64,000 nt of DNA from Octopus bimaculoides (Eukaryota): contig NC_068984.1 in assembly GCF_001194135.2 (NCBI RefSeq), positions 137,057,323 to 137,121,322 of the forward strand, in the 5' to 3' direction. The translations under genes were made by a program, and so were the position numbers. This document shows positions 40,477 to 50,297 of this stretch, in pieces; position 1 is the first letter of the stretch; each line of letters begins with the position of its first letter. Below the pieces are notes generated by a model. It worked only from the letters and a program-made list of their open reading frames with translations, was not told the origin of the DNA and searched no databases.

Positions 40477-43432
40477 CAATTGTAATAATCATTTTTGTGT
40501 ATGTTGTTGTAGTTGTTGTTGTTGTTGCTGCTAGTAGTACCAGCACAACTAAGCAACTTCTAATAAAACATATTAATAACGATGAAAGGAAAGTCATCTA
40601 GTGATTACTTCCAGGCAATATGGTAGCAGTTACAATGTCTGAACAATAGTTTGTTTACAATTTGTTACGAAAGAAAGACAAAAAAAAAAAAACAAGCTGG
40701 AAATAATTTTGTCTACTTTTTTAAACATTTAAAAAAATTTTTACCGATATTTCTTCTTTTTTTATGGCCAAGAAAAGCAGGCTGGTTATTCTTTTTTTAT
40801 TTTATTTTATTTTTTATGTTGTTTTAGTCTGGTGGCCATGGCAAAAGAGACTGCTGTACAGCAGACAAGGTTAAATGGGCTAAAAACAGACACTTTTCTC
40901 TTTGGTCCAGTTACACTTGGATAGAAAGGTAAGAAGAGAATGGTAGGGGGTAAGAGAAAGGTGGAACAAAAAGTAAGGATTAGGAGTGAATATGTTGAAA
41001 AGGTGAGAATGACAGGCATGGCCTACAGTAATGGGCTTGCTCTCAACATGCTTGTAGATTGATGAACTCAAATGAAGTCGTACATTTGCTCTTGGTGGTT
41101 AGGGCAAGCCTGATTTGTGGGGTTCATTGATTAGAGCTAAATGGCTGTCCCTCTAGACCAGGGTTTCCCAAGATAGCGTTCCAAGGTGTGTGAAGAAGGT
41201 TGGATTTATGGGGGGGGGGGGTCAAAGAGGGCAATTGCCCCGGGCACCTTTATTCTTATATAAGTTATTACTTTAAGGGGTGCGAGAATATATTAAAAGT
41301 TTTTAGGGGCGCAGTGAGCCACTGCTCTAGTCAGTCTCACACACACATTCTCCCAATCTCTCTAGCGATATATACTCTCTCTCTCTCTCTCACCTCAAAT
41401 ATCCTAATCTTTCTTTCCTTCCTTCTCTCTACCTTCCTTCCCAATCAGATTGGAGCCTGGTGCAGCCATCTGGTTTGCCAGTCCCCAGTCAAATCGTCCA
41501 ACCCATGCTAGCATGGAAAGCGGACGTTAAATGATGATGATGAACCGTGTCAGTCACAAAGTTGAAGCCATGTGACAAAAATGTTGACACCTCATGAAAT
41601 TAATTTAAAGTAAATTTAATGACTTTATTTGTCATTAAATGATTCTTCCACAATGTATCAGGTCATTAAGAATGAAATGTCTGATTTTCTTATACCAAGT
41701 TTGACAGTCGTTAACTCTTACATTTTATCCTGACAATTCTTTGTCTTCCAACATTGAAGAGTTACATCATCACTTTGCGAAATGCAATTCATAGTGTCTG
41801 ATTATATTGTGCGTTTTCTCTTGTAAATCAATTTTTGTGAACCCATGGATAGATCAAAAATGCATGTTGTTTATGAATATGAGATCGGTCATGGAACCAA
41901 TTCATCCCAGACAGCTCGAAACATCAATGAGGTGTTTGGTGAAGATGTGGCAAATGAACATACTGTACATTGATGGTTTGAGAAGTTCCGGTCTGGTGAC
42001 TTTACTCTTGAAAATCAGCCCCACGGCAGACCTGAGACCAAGGTGGATAATGATGAGCTGGAAACTGTAGTGGAAGCAGATACATTTCAAAATACGCATG
42101 AGTTAGCAGCAAAATTTGATGTTTCGATTCCAACTGTATTGGATCATCTGAAACAAATCAACAAAGAAGCTGGACAAGTGGGCATCACACCGACTGAACG
42201 AGCATCAAATGACATGTTGTCTTGAAACTTGCTGTCTTTTGCTGTCATGGGATAAAAGTGAACCATTTTTGCATCGTACTGTTACATGTAGTGAAAAATG
42301 GATTCTTTTCAACAAAAACAAGCATTCTGCATGGTGGTTGGATAGAGACAAAGTGCCAAAACACAATCCAAAAAAGAATATTCACCAAAAAATGCTAATG
42401 GTATATGTTTGGTGGTCCAGCGCTGGTGTCATCCACTACAGTTTCATGAGACCTGGTAAGTCAATTACAGTAGATGTATACATCAACCAGTTGGATAAAA
42501 TGATGGGTGAACTTGCAATTAAACAACCGAGATTGGTGAATAGAGACAAGCCAGTTATCTTGCACGGCAATACTTGACCACATGTTGCACAAAGAACGCT
42601 ACTCAAGTTACAGGAACTGAACTTGGAAGTACTCTGTTATCCATCATATTCACCAGACCTTGCACCAACTGACTGTCACATTTTCCAGGCATTAGACAAC
42701 TTTTTGCAACGAAAAAACTTCAAATCTGAAGAAGATGCGAAAACAGCTTTTTGTGATTTCATCACCTCTTGCTCTCCAGAACTCTTTGCTGCCGGCATAA
42801 ATAAGATACAGATAAAATGGCAAAACTGTGTTGATAATTTAGGTGCATACTTTGATTAACTGCATTGTTTTTTGCTGAGATGAAAGGCAAAGTCAACCTC
42901 AGCAAAATTTGAACTCAGAACGTAAAGACAGACAAAATACCGCTAAGCATTTCACCCAGCGTGCTAAGGTTTCTGCCAGCTGTCACCTTTTACAAATGCT
43001 AAGTATTGTTGCTTATTTTTACCTGAAAACTTCTCTTGTTTTTGCATCACTGGGAAGACAGAATCAATGGTACTTCCACCAGCCACAAAGCCAAACTGCA
43101 TCTCATCTAGTTTAATTCTGTTCATAATTAATTGAAATATAACTCTTTGGTCCAGCTATTTGATACTCCTGCAAAAACCTCTTCCTCTCTCTCTCTCTCT
43201 CTCTCNNNNNNNNNNNNNNNNNNNNNNNNNNNNNNNNNNNNNNNNAGGCATCTCCTTTACCTTTGTAACAATTAACTATAAATGCTGCTATACTCATCAC
43301 TGAGTATGGCACTTACCTTTACAAACTAGACAGGTATCTGCATGCATTCTACTCCGTCAGAGATTTTAAGCATCTCAGCAGTAAAATACATATACAGATA
43401 TATGTACATGCATATGTATAATATTTATATAC

Positions 43433-43487
<55 letters not shown>

Positions 43488-46400
43488 ATACATACATACA
43501 TACATACATACATACATACATACATACAGTATACACATGCACACATAATATATGCACATACATATAAACATACATATACACACATACAAACATATGTATA
43601 CACACATACAAACATGTATACACACATACAAACATACATATACATACATACAAACATATATATATATATATATATACATACATACAAACATATGTATACA
43701 CGTACAAACATATGTATACACACATACTCATAGAAATACATCATCACCATCATTTTAACGTCTATTTTTCCATGTTCACATGCTTATATATATACACACA
43801 CACACACTTCTACAAATACACACGCACACAAAAGTGAAACCACTTTCGATATATTGCAATAGCAATATTAATAACAACAACAACAACAATAACAGCAACA
43901 ACACTGATCTAAAACTACAAACTAGTAGAGACGATATGATTAACAGCAGCTCGAAATAACGTGATTAATAATAAGATTAACAGTATGAAATCATACGATT
44001 AACAGTATGATATAACATGATTACAAAATATCTTGAGACAGAAAGAATGAAAGATGAAGAAAAACATAATAAAAACAAAAACAGATGTAAGAAGCAAAAC
44101 GCTTCTTAAAGTGAGAATAATAAACAAGAAATACTCTGACTTGAGATTCCTGTTAGTTCAGAAGTACCGATATGGTTGGCAAATAAAAACATCAAAATTT
44201 CTTATTTGCAAACACACAAAAAAAAAAAAAAATTGTTTTTTTTTCTTTTTTTGTGTGTGTTTTTTTTTTGTCGTAGAGTTTATTATTTATTGCTTTCGTA
44301 TTATTTCTTTAAAATATTTGGCATTGTTTACGAATACACCAATACAAACATTATCAGGTGTAAGAAGGTGGGGGAGAGAGAGAGAGAGAGAGAGAAAAAT
44401 GTGGGTGGGGGGAATTAAATTTCAGAGCAAAAAAAAAATAAACAAATAATATAAATGAAATAGATAAATAAATAAATAAATGGATTTTGATCAGAATTTT
44501 GGATCATGAGTTGTCAGTAGTTCAATCACCTGGACTATTAAGTTCTTTGAATTAGCATGCAAGTGGCCGAATATTCCACAGAGACATATGCCCTAAACAT
44601 AATCCTCAAGTTAATTCAACATGACAGGGTGGCAAGATCAGACCTCTGAATTACAGATACAATCCAGCCAATGGGCTTCTTCTTCTTCTTCTTCTTCTTC
44701 TACTACTACAACACCATCATCATCATCGTCATCATCATCATTTTAACGTCCACTTTTCCATGCTTTGTCAAGGCAGATTTTCTATGGCCAGATACCCTTC
44801 CCGTTATCAACCCTCGCCTTTTTCCAAGCAAGGTAATGCTGTGACCTCAATGAGTGCAAATAAGATTTGTTAGTGAATAACTGACACAAAGTGCAAGAGA
44901 GCGGGAAGAAGCTGAATCGGCTGCCGTCGCCACCGCCGAGTCGACCGGACGGCGGCGGCTGTCGTCCGCATGTACGTGTCCACGGCAGCAGAAACGTGTA
45001 AAGAACGAGTTCACCAAGCAAAAACGGTTTGCGATTCGACTACCGCACACCAAGCCACTGCAGAAGGACGGGCGCCGGTGCAGGTCGAAGCAAAAGGGGC
45101 CGGTTTCTGGCTGCCACAGCAGCAACACGGACGGGAGATGACGCGCAAAGTGCAGCGAAAGGCAGGGGCTGCTGCTTTTTTTTTCCACGCCTCTGCTGAC
45201 GCCGCCCAATTAGTTTACCCCCCTCTCTCTCTAACTCTCTCCTTCCTTGTCCTACTGAGGTAGCCAAGTATCACTTTGATAGTAAAAGGGCTCCTTCTGT
45301 CTCTTTATCGTATTCTGATCTCTTGGTTCCACTCCTTCTCTCAGTTGAGGGGTCCTTGTCTTGCGAGCTCGTGGGTGTTAGTGTCATGTAAAAAGCACCT
45401 GTGTTGGTACCATGTAAACAGTACCCCCGCTGGTGCTACAGAAAAAGTACTGGTACTGGGTCCCACGTATAAAACACCCATGCTGGAGTCACATATAAAC
45501 CACTGGTGCTGGTGCCAAATGAAAAGCAACTTATACACTCTGTGAAGTGGTTGGCATTAGGAAGGGCACCCAACCATAGAAACCATGCCAAAACAGATGA
45601 CTGGAGCCTGTTGCAACCCATGGAAAGCAGACAGCAAATGATGAAAATGATGATGATGTTGTTGTTGTCGTCATTGTCATCTGACTAACAATTTGTTGTA
45701 ACCGACCTTGAGTATTCAAACAGCTGTATTACTGTCTTTCCATAGATCAGCTTCAACTATGCTGAGCAAAACAACTTATTTTTGTAGTAAAGAGAGAAAA
45801 AACTAGTACAAACTTACTTTGTCATGCCTGGGATCTTGAAAAACTTCTTTAATCCGTAGGTTAGACATACTGAAATAGAAGAAAACTAAGCTATATATAT
45901 CTTTTAACTGATGTGCAAAACATTCCTAGTGTGCGCTTTGTGAATACAGTCTGGTATCTTGTCACCACCAGTGGAGGTGCAATGGCCCAGTGGTTAGGGC
46001 AGCGGACTCGCGGTCATAGGATTGCGATTTCGATTCCCAAATCAGGCGTTGTGAGTATTTATTGAGCGAAAACACCTAAAGCTCCACGAGGCTCCAGTAC
46101 ACACACACACACACACACACACACAACTGGCTTCTTTCAGTTTCCTTCCACCAAACCCATTCGTGAGGCTTTGGTTGGTCTGGGACTATAGTAGAAGACA
46201 TGTGCCCAAAATGCCATGCAGTGGGACTGAACCCAAGACCACACGGTTGGGAAGCAAGCTTCTTAACCACACAGCCATACCTAACAAATACCTAAATGAT
46301 GTAACATAGATTGCGAAGAGTGTCAAGGGGGAAATAATATATGATGTCGATAAAGAATCAAAACAATGATAGATACACACACACAAACATCTTGTAATAG

Positions 46401-47315
46401 AAATAGATAGGTGGAAGATAAATACCTTTTGATGGCCTCTAAAATATCCTCTTCTAATGCTGATGGTGGAGTAAATTGCCTCTTCTCACACCCATGGTGC
46501 TTCTGTAAATCTTTAATAGCTTGGATAATAAGCTGGGTTTCTTTCACACCCTGTTTTATGGCACGCATAAAATCCTGTTGCAGAATATTGTCAGAACTTG
46601 ATTCCAGCATCACTGAAAGAATGAAAAAGAAAAATTATCTATATAAGAAAAATATTCTTAGAATTTGAAAATTTTTACATTTATGAAAAACATAAAAATG
46701 AAAGGCAAAAAATGTATTTTTACAAAAATTTTCAATAGCTAAGATTATATTATGTAGTTGTTAATATTTAGCCTTTGTCACTATGATCATACAGACCAGG
46801 ATAAAACAAAAGGTACCAGCCATAACCAACCGGTCTTTTGGCCTGGTACTGCATAGGGGCATTATTATTATTATCATTATTATTGTTCAGTAGTTTTATT
46901 TTTATAACGTGCTTTCACTTCACTACCGAGCGCAGCTCTGTGCGCCTTGGGTATGTGCTGTGGTTTGCTGTGATGCTCTTATGTTTACTGTATTGAAAGT
47001 GTTTTGCGTAGAATGTGTGCAGTACCCAGTAGTGCAATTTTCTGTATGTTATATATATTTGTAAGTCTTGGTGTTTTTGTTATGTATTTGTCTGAATATG
47101 TTTTTATTATACCTAAGGCACCTACTATGATAGGAATTGTTTCTGTTTTTAGATTCCACATTCGAGTTACCTCTATTTCCAGGTCTTTGTATTTTGAAAG
47201 TTTTTCCATTTCTTTTAGGGAAACGTTGTCATCTGCTGGTATTGATACATCAATTAGAAAGCATTTTTTTTTTTCATGATCTTTGACAACTATATCTGGT
47301 CTATTATTAATATTA

Positions 47316-47347
<32 letters not shown>

Positions 47348-48769
47348 GTTATTGTTATTATTATTGTTGTTGTTGTTGTTGTTATTATTAAGGTGGGGAG
47401 CTGGTAGAATTGTTACTGCACCAGACAAAATGGTTAGCAGTATTTCATCCATCTTTATGTTCCTAGTTCAAATGCCACCAAGGTAGACTTTGTCATTCAT
47501 CCTTTCTAGATCAATGAAATAAGTACCAGTTGAGCACTGGGGTCAATGAAATTGACTAGCCCCTGCCCCTAAAATTGCTGGCCTTGAGCCAAAATTTAAA
47601 ACCCTTATTATTGTTGTAGTCAGTGGCAAACTGACCAGGTTGCCAGCTTGCCTGATGGCAAGTGGGCCCCTGCGCCATTAGAATCCATATATGGAGGCCC
47701 ATGTTAATATCTAAGGGGACCGTCCCCTCAAGTTTGAGAATTTTTTATTCATTCCTGGAAGAATGCATTAATTATGTCAGCCTGGCTGTGTTTGCAGATA
47801 GTTGAAAAGAATACTTTTAACGAAAAAAAAATTAAATGATAGCATTGCAGTTGTGGGTGGGCCCCCATGTAGTTGCTGGTAGGCCCCCTTGTAGTTGCGG
47901 GTGGGCCCCCTCGTAGTTGCAGGTTTTCCCCCTCGTAGTAGCGGGTTAGCCCCCTCGTAGTTGCTGGTGGGCCCCCTCGTAGTTGCTGGTGGGCCCCCTC
48001 GTAGTTGCTGGTGGGCCCCCTCGTAATTGCTGGTGGGCCCCCTCGTAGTTGCTGGTGGACTCCCTTGTAGTTGCGGGTGAACCCCCTCGTNNNNNNNNNN
48101 NNNNNNNNNNNNNNNNNNNNNNNNNNNNNNNNNNNNNNNNNNNNNNNNNNNNNNNNNNNNNNNNNNNNNNNNNNNNNNNNNNNNNNNNNNNNNNNNNNNN
48201 NNNNNNNNNNNNNNNNNNNNNNNNNNNNNNNNNNNNNNNNNNNNNNGGGTGGACTCCCTCGTAGTAGCGGGTGGGCCCCCTTGTAGTTGCGGGTGGGACC
48301 CCTTAGTCTCTTGGCAGCCAATATTTTTAGACCCAGTCCACCGCTGGTTGTAGTTGTTGTCGTTAAGTCATATTAATCCCTGAAAACTGGATCTTTGGAT
48401 TCATTTATGTTATTATATTCATGGAAAATAAACACTGTTCTTTCTTTTCATGAATCCTTTATCAGAGACGTAGCTCATAGGACAAAAAAAAAAACAGAGC
48501 TTCCGTTCATATGAAGAATATAAAGAATACATAACCAGTAAGAAATATCAACTGCTTCAATCTTTAAATAACGTAAGAAAAGTATGCCTTAGAGATATTT
48601 TGGAATGTGCAGAATCAACTGTTCATTGAGTAAACAAATGTTGTAAAATACTTACCAACTTTGTATTGATCTATACAGGCTACTATCAGATTAAGAGTAC
48701 TTTCAGAAACTTGTCGTCTGGTGGGGTTGATAGTAACTTCATCATTTACTAACCCGACACGAACAGCAC
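4309..48769 (-). CDS. PNPT1: Polyribonucleotide nucleotidyltransferase 1 (mitochondrial PNPase), partial gene: five internal coding exons, join(48656-48769, 46426-46612, 45818-45869, 20406-20463, 4309-4405)
   Basis: Spliced translation [170 protein letters not shown] is colinear with human PNPT1 as recalled ([32 protein letters not shown]...[24 protein letters not shown]...VSRDEAVNKIR...[13 protein letters not shown]). All junctions are GT-AG and phases are compatible. Confidence 0.97.
4680..4875 (-). mobile_element. Degenerate SINE (CORE-like head, family C2)
   Basis: GAGTGGACTGG..CAATGTGAAATGAAGT..CTCAAG motif shared with 10610, 24700 and 60480. Confidence 0.55.
5085..5235 (+). mobile_element. 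RTE LINE 3' end with (GAT)n tail
   Basis: AGGAAGGGCATCCAGCTGTAGAAA...CCAACCCATGCCAG..ACATTAAATGATGATG. Confidence 0.85.
5252..5415 (+). mobile_element. SINE family A head
   Basis: GGCGCAGGAGTGGCTGTGTGGTAAG...GAAAGAAGCCCGTC followed by (TA)n. Confidence 0.9.
6890..7550. repeat. Compound (TA)/(CA)/(TACA) microsatellite field; similar fields at 2110-3130, 8950-9740, 14760-15320, 29380-29740, 43400-43720, 51310-51510, 56150-56910 and 63425-63835
   Basis: Direct inspection; these fields generate most of the low-complexity ORFs in the ORF track. Confidence 0.95.
7725..7800 (+). mobile_element. Degenerate tRNA-like head (SINE relic or pseudo-tRNA)
   Basis: GGTGGCTCAGG A-box-like and CAGTGGTTCAAAT..TACTG T-arm-like motifs; the cloverleaf cannot be completed. 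Confidence 0.3.
8270..8590 (+). mobile_element. SINE family A 3' body
   Basis: GTCTGTGTTTG..CACCACT..TTGACAACCGATGTTGG (twice), AAGTACCAG..CTCCAGCATGGC..AAGTAAAAGATAAAA. Confidence 0.7.
10305..10780 (-). mobile_element. Composite of an RTE-tail fragment and a CORE-like SINE (family C2)
   Basis: (CAT)n TTTAACATCC tail, then CAGCTGAGTGAACTG..AAAGTGTCTTGCTCAAG..GGGAATCAAACTC..TTAACCACTAAGCC. Confidence 0.65.
11930..12307. mobile_element. piggyBac-like MITE interrupted by an RTE-tail insertion (12070-12215, 11-bp TSD AATCTTGAATC)
   Basis: Begins after TTAA and ends TGAATGCTAAAGG. It is the reverse complement of the 54816-55294 element. TSD at 12059-12069 and 12216-12226. Confidence 0.6.
12643..12899. 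mobile_element. hAT (Charlie-like) MITE
   Basis: Perfect 14-bp TIR CGGTGGTTCTCAAC/GTTGAGAACCACCG; flanking 8-mers CTTTAAAA and GCTTAAAA (6/8). Confidence 0.8.
13226..13600 (-). mobile_element. RTE LINE 3' end with internal ~60-bp repeats
   Basis: CATCATCGTTTAACGTCCGCTTTCCATGCTAGCATGGG tail plus GCTTTTACGTG.CACC..GCCAGTC units. Confidence 0.85.
13780..13940 (-). mobile_element. SINE family A head
   Basis: Reverse complement of the 5252 head (CCAAATCCACTCACAAGGCTTTGG...CTTAACCACATAGCC). Confidence 0.8.
16370..16860 (+). mobile_element. Decayed 3' fragment of an R4/Dong-like (RLE endonuclease) non-LTR retrotransposon
   Basis: [36 protein letters not shown] matches the 46985-47300 copy; contains stops and indels. 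Confidence 0.8.
18950..19220 (-). mobile_element. tRNA-headed short element with a decayed hammerhead-like 3' region, head-to-head with a second plus-strand head
   Basis: A-box GGTGTAGTGGTTAA, B-box GAGTTTGATTCC, (AAT)n, then GACAC-CAGATGA-A-GGCTG..CAGCC-AAAAT-GTT-GTGTT. Confidence 0.7.
19507..20135 (+). mobile_element. R4/Dong-like non-LTR retrotransposon 3' end: zinc-knuckle end plus restriction-like endonuclease, (AAT)n tail
   Basis: Open frame 19507-20058: [76 protein letters not shown]; 5' part lies in a gap. Confidence 0.9.
20406..20463 (-). CDS. PNPT1: PNPT1 exon (58 nt): [19 protein letters not shown]
   Basis: Acceptor tgttttag|ATATCA, donor AAAG|gtgagt; SRDEA motif. Confidence 0.94.
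21575..21928 (-). mobile_element. Near full-length SINE family A with an internal gap
   Basis: 3' body GGCCATGCTGGAGCACC..GAATAAGT and head ACCACACAACCACTCCTGCG. Confidence 0.88.
22600..22876 (+). mobile_element. RTE LINE 3' end with (GAT)n tail
   Basis: GGCACGTAAAAGCACC..CCATGCTAGCATGGAAAGCGGACGTTAAACGATGATG. Confidence 0.85.
22890..23100 (+). mobile_element. R4-like reverse transcriptase fragment, decayed
   Basis: [25 protein letters not shown] resembles the late RT block ending in YKYLG. Confidence 0.5.
23190..23550 (-). mobile_element. RTE LINE 3' end with internal repeats
   Basis: Same tail consensus; inverted relative to the 22754-22859 copy. Confidence 0.88.
24640..24865 (-). mobile_element. 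CORE-like SINE (family C2)
   Basis: GTGACAAGGCTGGCCCTTTGAATTACAGGT..GAGTGGACTGG..TTGCTCAAG..CCTAACCACTAAGCC. Confidence 0.75.
25300..26270 (+). mobile_element. Cluster of three to four RTE 3'-end copies in the same orientation
   Basis: Repeated ACTCGGAGTGGTTGGC.TTAGGAAGGGCATCCAGCTGTAGAAA and (GAT/GGT)n tails. Confidence 0.8.
27065..28185. mobile_element. Nest of SINE family B copies (27065, 27410, 27980 plus; ~28060-28180 minus) with an RTE 3' end (27590-27975, minus)
   Basis: GCTGGCAGAATCGTTAGCA heads and CATCATCGTTTAACGTCC tail. Confidence 0.8.
30410..30860 (-). mobile_element. RTE LINE 3' end with internal repeats
   Basis: Tail consensus plus GCTTTTATGTGCCA..GGCAC.GGAGCCAGTCA units. Confidence 0.85.
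30975..31278 (+). mobile_element. Possible short, internally deleted RTE-like element
   Basis: 5' hairpin GCCAGAGGAGC-ACAA-GCTCCTGGC then GGTCCCCCCATG..CAGATCAAAGG; 3' GGCCTTTACTCCTTATGGAGT..AAGTAA resembles RTE ends as recalled. Confidence 0.4.
31640..32530 (-). mobile_element. Highly decayed CR1-like LINE (AP endonuclease region)
   Basis: Minus-strand [25 protein letters not shown] resembles the GDFNxHH..W block; many stops and frameshifts. Confidence 0.45.
32950..33125 (-). mobile_element. RTE LINE 3' end
   Basis: Tail consensus. Confidence 0.88.
35220..35645 (-). mobile_element. RTE LINE 3' end with degenerate internal repeats
   Basis: Tail plus GTGCTTTTAC/TGTGGCAC units. Confidence 0.75.
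37650..38047 (-). mobile_element. Full-length SINE family A
   Basis: CTCTTTTATTCTTTTACTTG tail, body, (CA)n(TA)n linker and head ACCACACAGCCACTCCTGC. Confidence 0.9.
38340..38885 (-). mobile_element. RTE LINE 3' UTR fragment with ~55-60-bp repeats
   Basis: GGATGCCCTTCCTAAC..GTGCTTTTACGTGCCACC units and CAACAGGTCTTCGCAAG motif also seen at 22520-22620. Confidence 0.8.
41159..41324. mobile_element. Short hAT (Charlie-like) MITE relic
   Basis: Left CAGGGTTTCCCAA, right ..GAGCCACTG; flanks CTCTAGAC and CTCTAGTC (7/8, nTCTAGAn-type target). Confidence 0.6.
41658..42875 (+). mobile_element. Decayed mariner (DD34D, cecropia/Hsmar1-like) transposase, 41845-42859
   Basis: [51 protein letters not shown]; [28 protein letters not shown]. 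Two catalytic Asp positions are lost, with stops and a frameshift. Confidence 0.92.
42880..42990 (-). mobile_element. SINE family B head at the mariner 3' end
   Basis: GAAAGGCAAAGTCAACCTCAGCAAAATTTGAACTCAGAACG..GCTAAGGTTTCTGCCAGC. Confidence 0.8.
43095..43385 (-). mobile_element. RTE LINE reverse transcriptase fragment
   Basis: [18 protein letters not shown]..[gap]..YQIAGPKS resembles the RTE block [18 protein letters not shown]. Confidence 0.7.
44840..45273. other. CpG-rich ~430-bp island of unknown origin (young insertion or intronic promoter)
   Basis: About 34 CpGs counted in 44900-45210, against a CpG-poor, AT-rich background; interrupts an RTE-tail fragment. Confidence 0.6.
45380..45685 (+). 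mobile_element. RTE LINE 3' end
   Basis: ATGTAAAAAGCACC units, GTGGTTGGCATTAGGAAGGG and (GAT)n tail. Confidence 0.8.
45818..45869 (-). CDS. PNPT1: PNPT1 exon (52 nt): [18 protein letters not shown]
   Basis: Acceptor ttcttctatttcag|T, donor GACAAA|gtaagt; frame continues from the upstream exon and ends in HDK as in homologues. Confidence 0.93.
45971..46097 (+). mobile_element. tRNA(Arg)-like SINE head (family C1)
   Basis: A box TGGCCCAGTGGTTAGGG, anticodon-like GACTCGCGG (TCG), B box GATTTCGATTCCC; the body matches the 57460-57831 copy. Confidence 0.8.
46125..46280 (-). mobile_element. SINE family A head
   Basis: GGCTTCTTTCAGTTTCC..GGGACTGAACCC..CTTAACCACACAGCC. Confidence 0.85.
46426..46612 (-). 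CDS. PNPT1: PNPT1 exon (187 nt): [15 protein letters not shown]...LEAIK
   Basis: Acceptor ctttcag|TGATG, donor AAAAG|gtattt; matches the [13 protein letters not shown].GVK motif. Confidence 0.97.
46862..47310 (-). mobile_element. 5'-truncated R4/Dong-like retrotransposon: RLE endonuclease, 3' UTR and (AAT)n tail
   Basis: [65 protein letters not shown]; flanked by AAT repeats on both sides. Confidence 0.92.
47388..47612 (+). mobile_element. SINE family B
   Basis: AAGGTGGGGAGCTGGTAGAAT head and GTTCAAATGCCACCAAGGTAGACTTTG body. Confidence 0.8.
47621..48346. mobile_element. hAT-type non-autonomous transposon with an internal 22-bp GC-rich tandem array
   Basis: TIRs CAGTGGCAAACTG and (reverse complement) CAGCGGTGGACTG; perfect 8-bp TSD GTTGTAGT at 47613-47620 and 48347-48354; unit CCCCCTCGTAGTTGCTGGTGGG. 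Confidence 0.9.
48656..48769 (-). CDS. PNPT1: PNPT1 exon (114 nt), RNase PH domain 1: [19 protein letters not shown]...QYKV
   Basis: Acceptor tttttcag|GTGCT, donor GTTG|gtaagt; phase 1 at both ends. Confidence 0.97.
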
Positions 48770-49271
48770 CTGAAAAATAAAATGGTAAAAAAGATATTCT
48801 GATTACGAAAGACAATCAGATAGATATCCAAAAAAAAACACTAAGGTAAGTATTCATTAAAATATTATTAAATGGTGGAATTGTTGAAAGAACAGTTATA
48901 GAAACGAAGCATAGAGGTTGCCTAGAGCATTAGCGAAAAGAAAAAATTTCTCAAGAGAATTGCCTAAAAATACTGAATAAAAAATAATTGTTTTGCTTTA
49001 CTAAATTACCTCAAACAAATTACCTAAATGAATAATTCCAAGAAATTGTTTAAAAACAGAATCTGATGATCTACCAAAAACATTTATTCAAATAAATTCT
49101 CCACAGAATTATCCTTCAAAGAAAAAGAAATTTTGCAGAAGAATTTATAGATTCCTTGTAGAACACCTCAAGGCATAGACATGGGTCTACACCATTTTCT
49201 ATTCTATTAATAGAAAACAGACTGCAAACTTTACTTATTGGGAACATCATTTGCTCAAAGGCATTTGGAAC

Positions 49272-49304
<33 letters not shown>

Positions 49305-49416
49305 GATGCTACAGAGGCAGTAAGAGATAAGCTTTCAGTGAGTAAAACCAGCATTAAGGGCCCAGTTCTTGCAACAAGTTTCTTTTAGTTTATTTATATA
49401 CTCCCTAAGGAAATCA

Positions 49417-49602
49417 TCATCATCATCATCATCGTTTAACGTCCACCTTCCATGCTAGCATGGGTTGGACGATTTGACTGAGGACTGGCGAACTGGATGG
49501 CTGCACTAGGCTCCAATCTGAAGAGCATCCAGTCAAAGAAAAAACTACACCTCGATGAATTCCACCTAACCCATGCAGGCATGGAAAAGATGGACGTTAA
49601 AA

Positions 49603-49640
<38 letters not shown>
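49417..49640. mobile_element. Two short RTE 3' ends in opposite orientation
   Basis: (CAT)n GTTTAACGTCC.. then ..GGACGTTAAAAA(TGA)n. Confidence 0.75.
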
Positions 49641-49641
<1 letters not shown>

Positions 49642-50297
49642 ATAATGGATTGTGCAATTTATTGTGCAAAGGAACAAGGGAATAACTAACTATGGAAATA
49701 AGAAAGGGTAGCTGAAAAGAAAGATGTCCAGACATAGAATAATGCCATAACAAAAATTTAACCGTTCCGATGCGAGTAAGGGAAAAGCAGGCATAAAAAC
49801 AACAACAAGAACAGCAACAACAATGCCACCATTGAAGACAATAATGACGGCTTTAAACAAAAGAAGATTTAGCTAACTGATTAACTAAATTCAATTTGGA
49901 AATATCAGATTTTTTTCACCTTGTTCGCTGACAACATTTGTTTTGTTACTATTGGTTCTTTCTTTTGGAAATGAAGAATGCCACAGACATAGAAATGCCA
50001 TTTTCTGCGTCTGAGGTAATTGTCTTCATAGCCATTCTTTTCCAAGAAGACCAAGTGTCTCGACCATTTGTGAATTATTCACTCTTAATGCTAAATCAAC
50101 TTACTGCAATTTATTAATTTATCTTCTTTTTTTTTTGTCTCCTATGATCTTTTATTATTCATTACATTCGTTCAATGCAACTATTCATGCACACACATTG
50201 TATGTGTGTATGTGCATTTTTTTACACACACACACACACACACACATCCATTTAGTGCAGAGTAGCAAGTGACTAACTTGAGCAATATATATATAAA

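Noticed and set aside
43015-43035. Recursive splice-site-like TTTTCAG|GTAAAA on the minus strand
   Set aside because: Very short pyrimidine tract and weak donor; expected by chance.
45971-46045. Functional tRNA-Arg gene
   Set aside because: Acceptor stem does not close, there is no poly-T terminator, and it continues into a SINE body.
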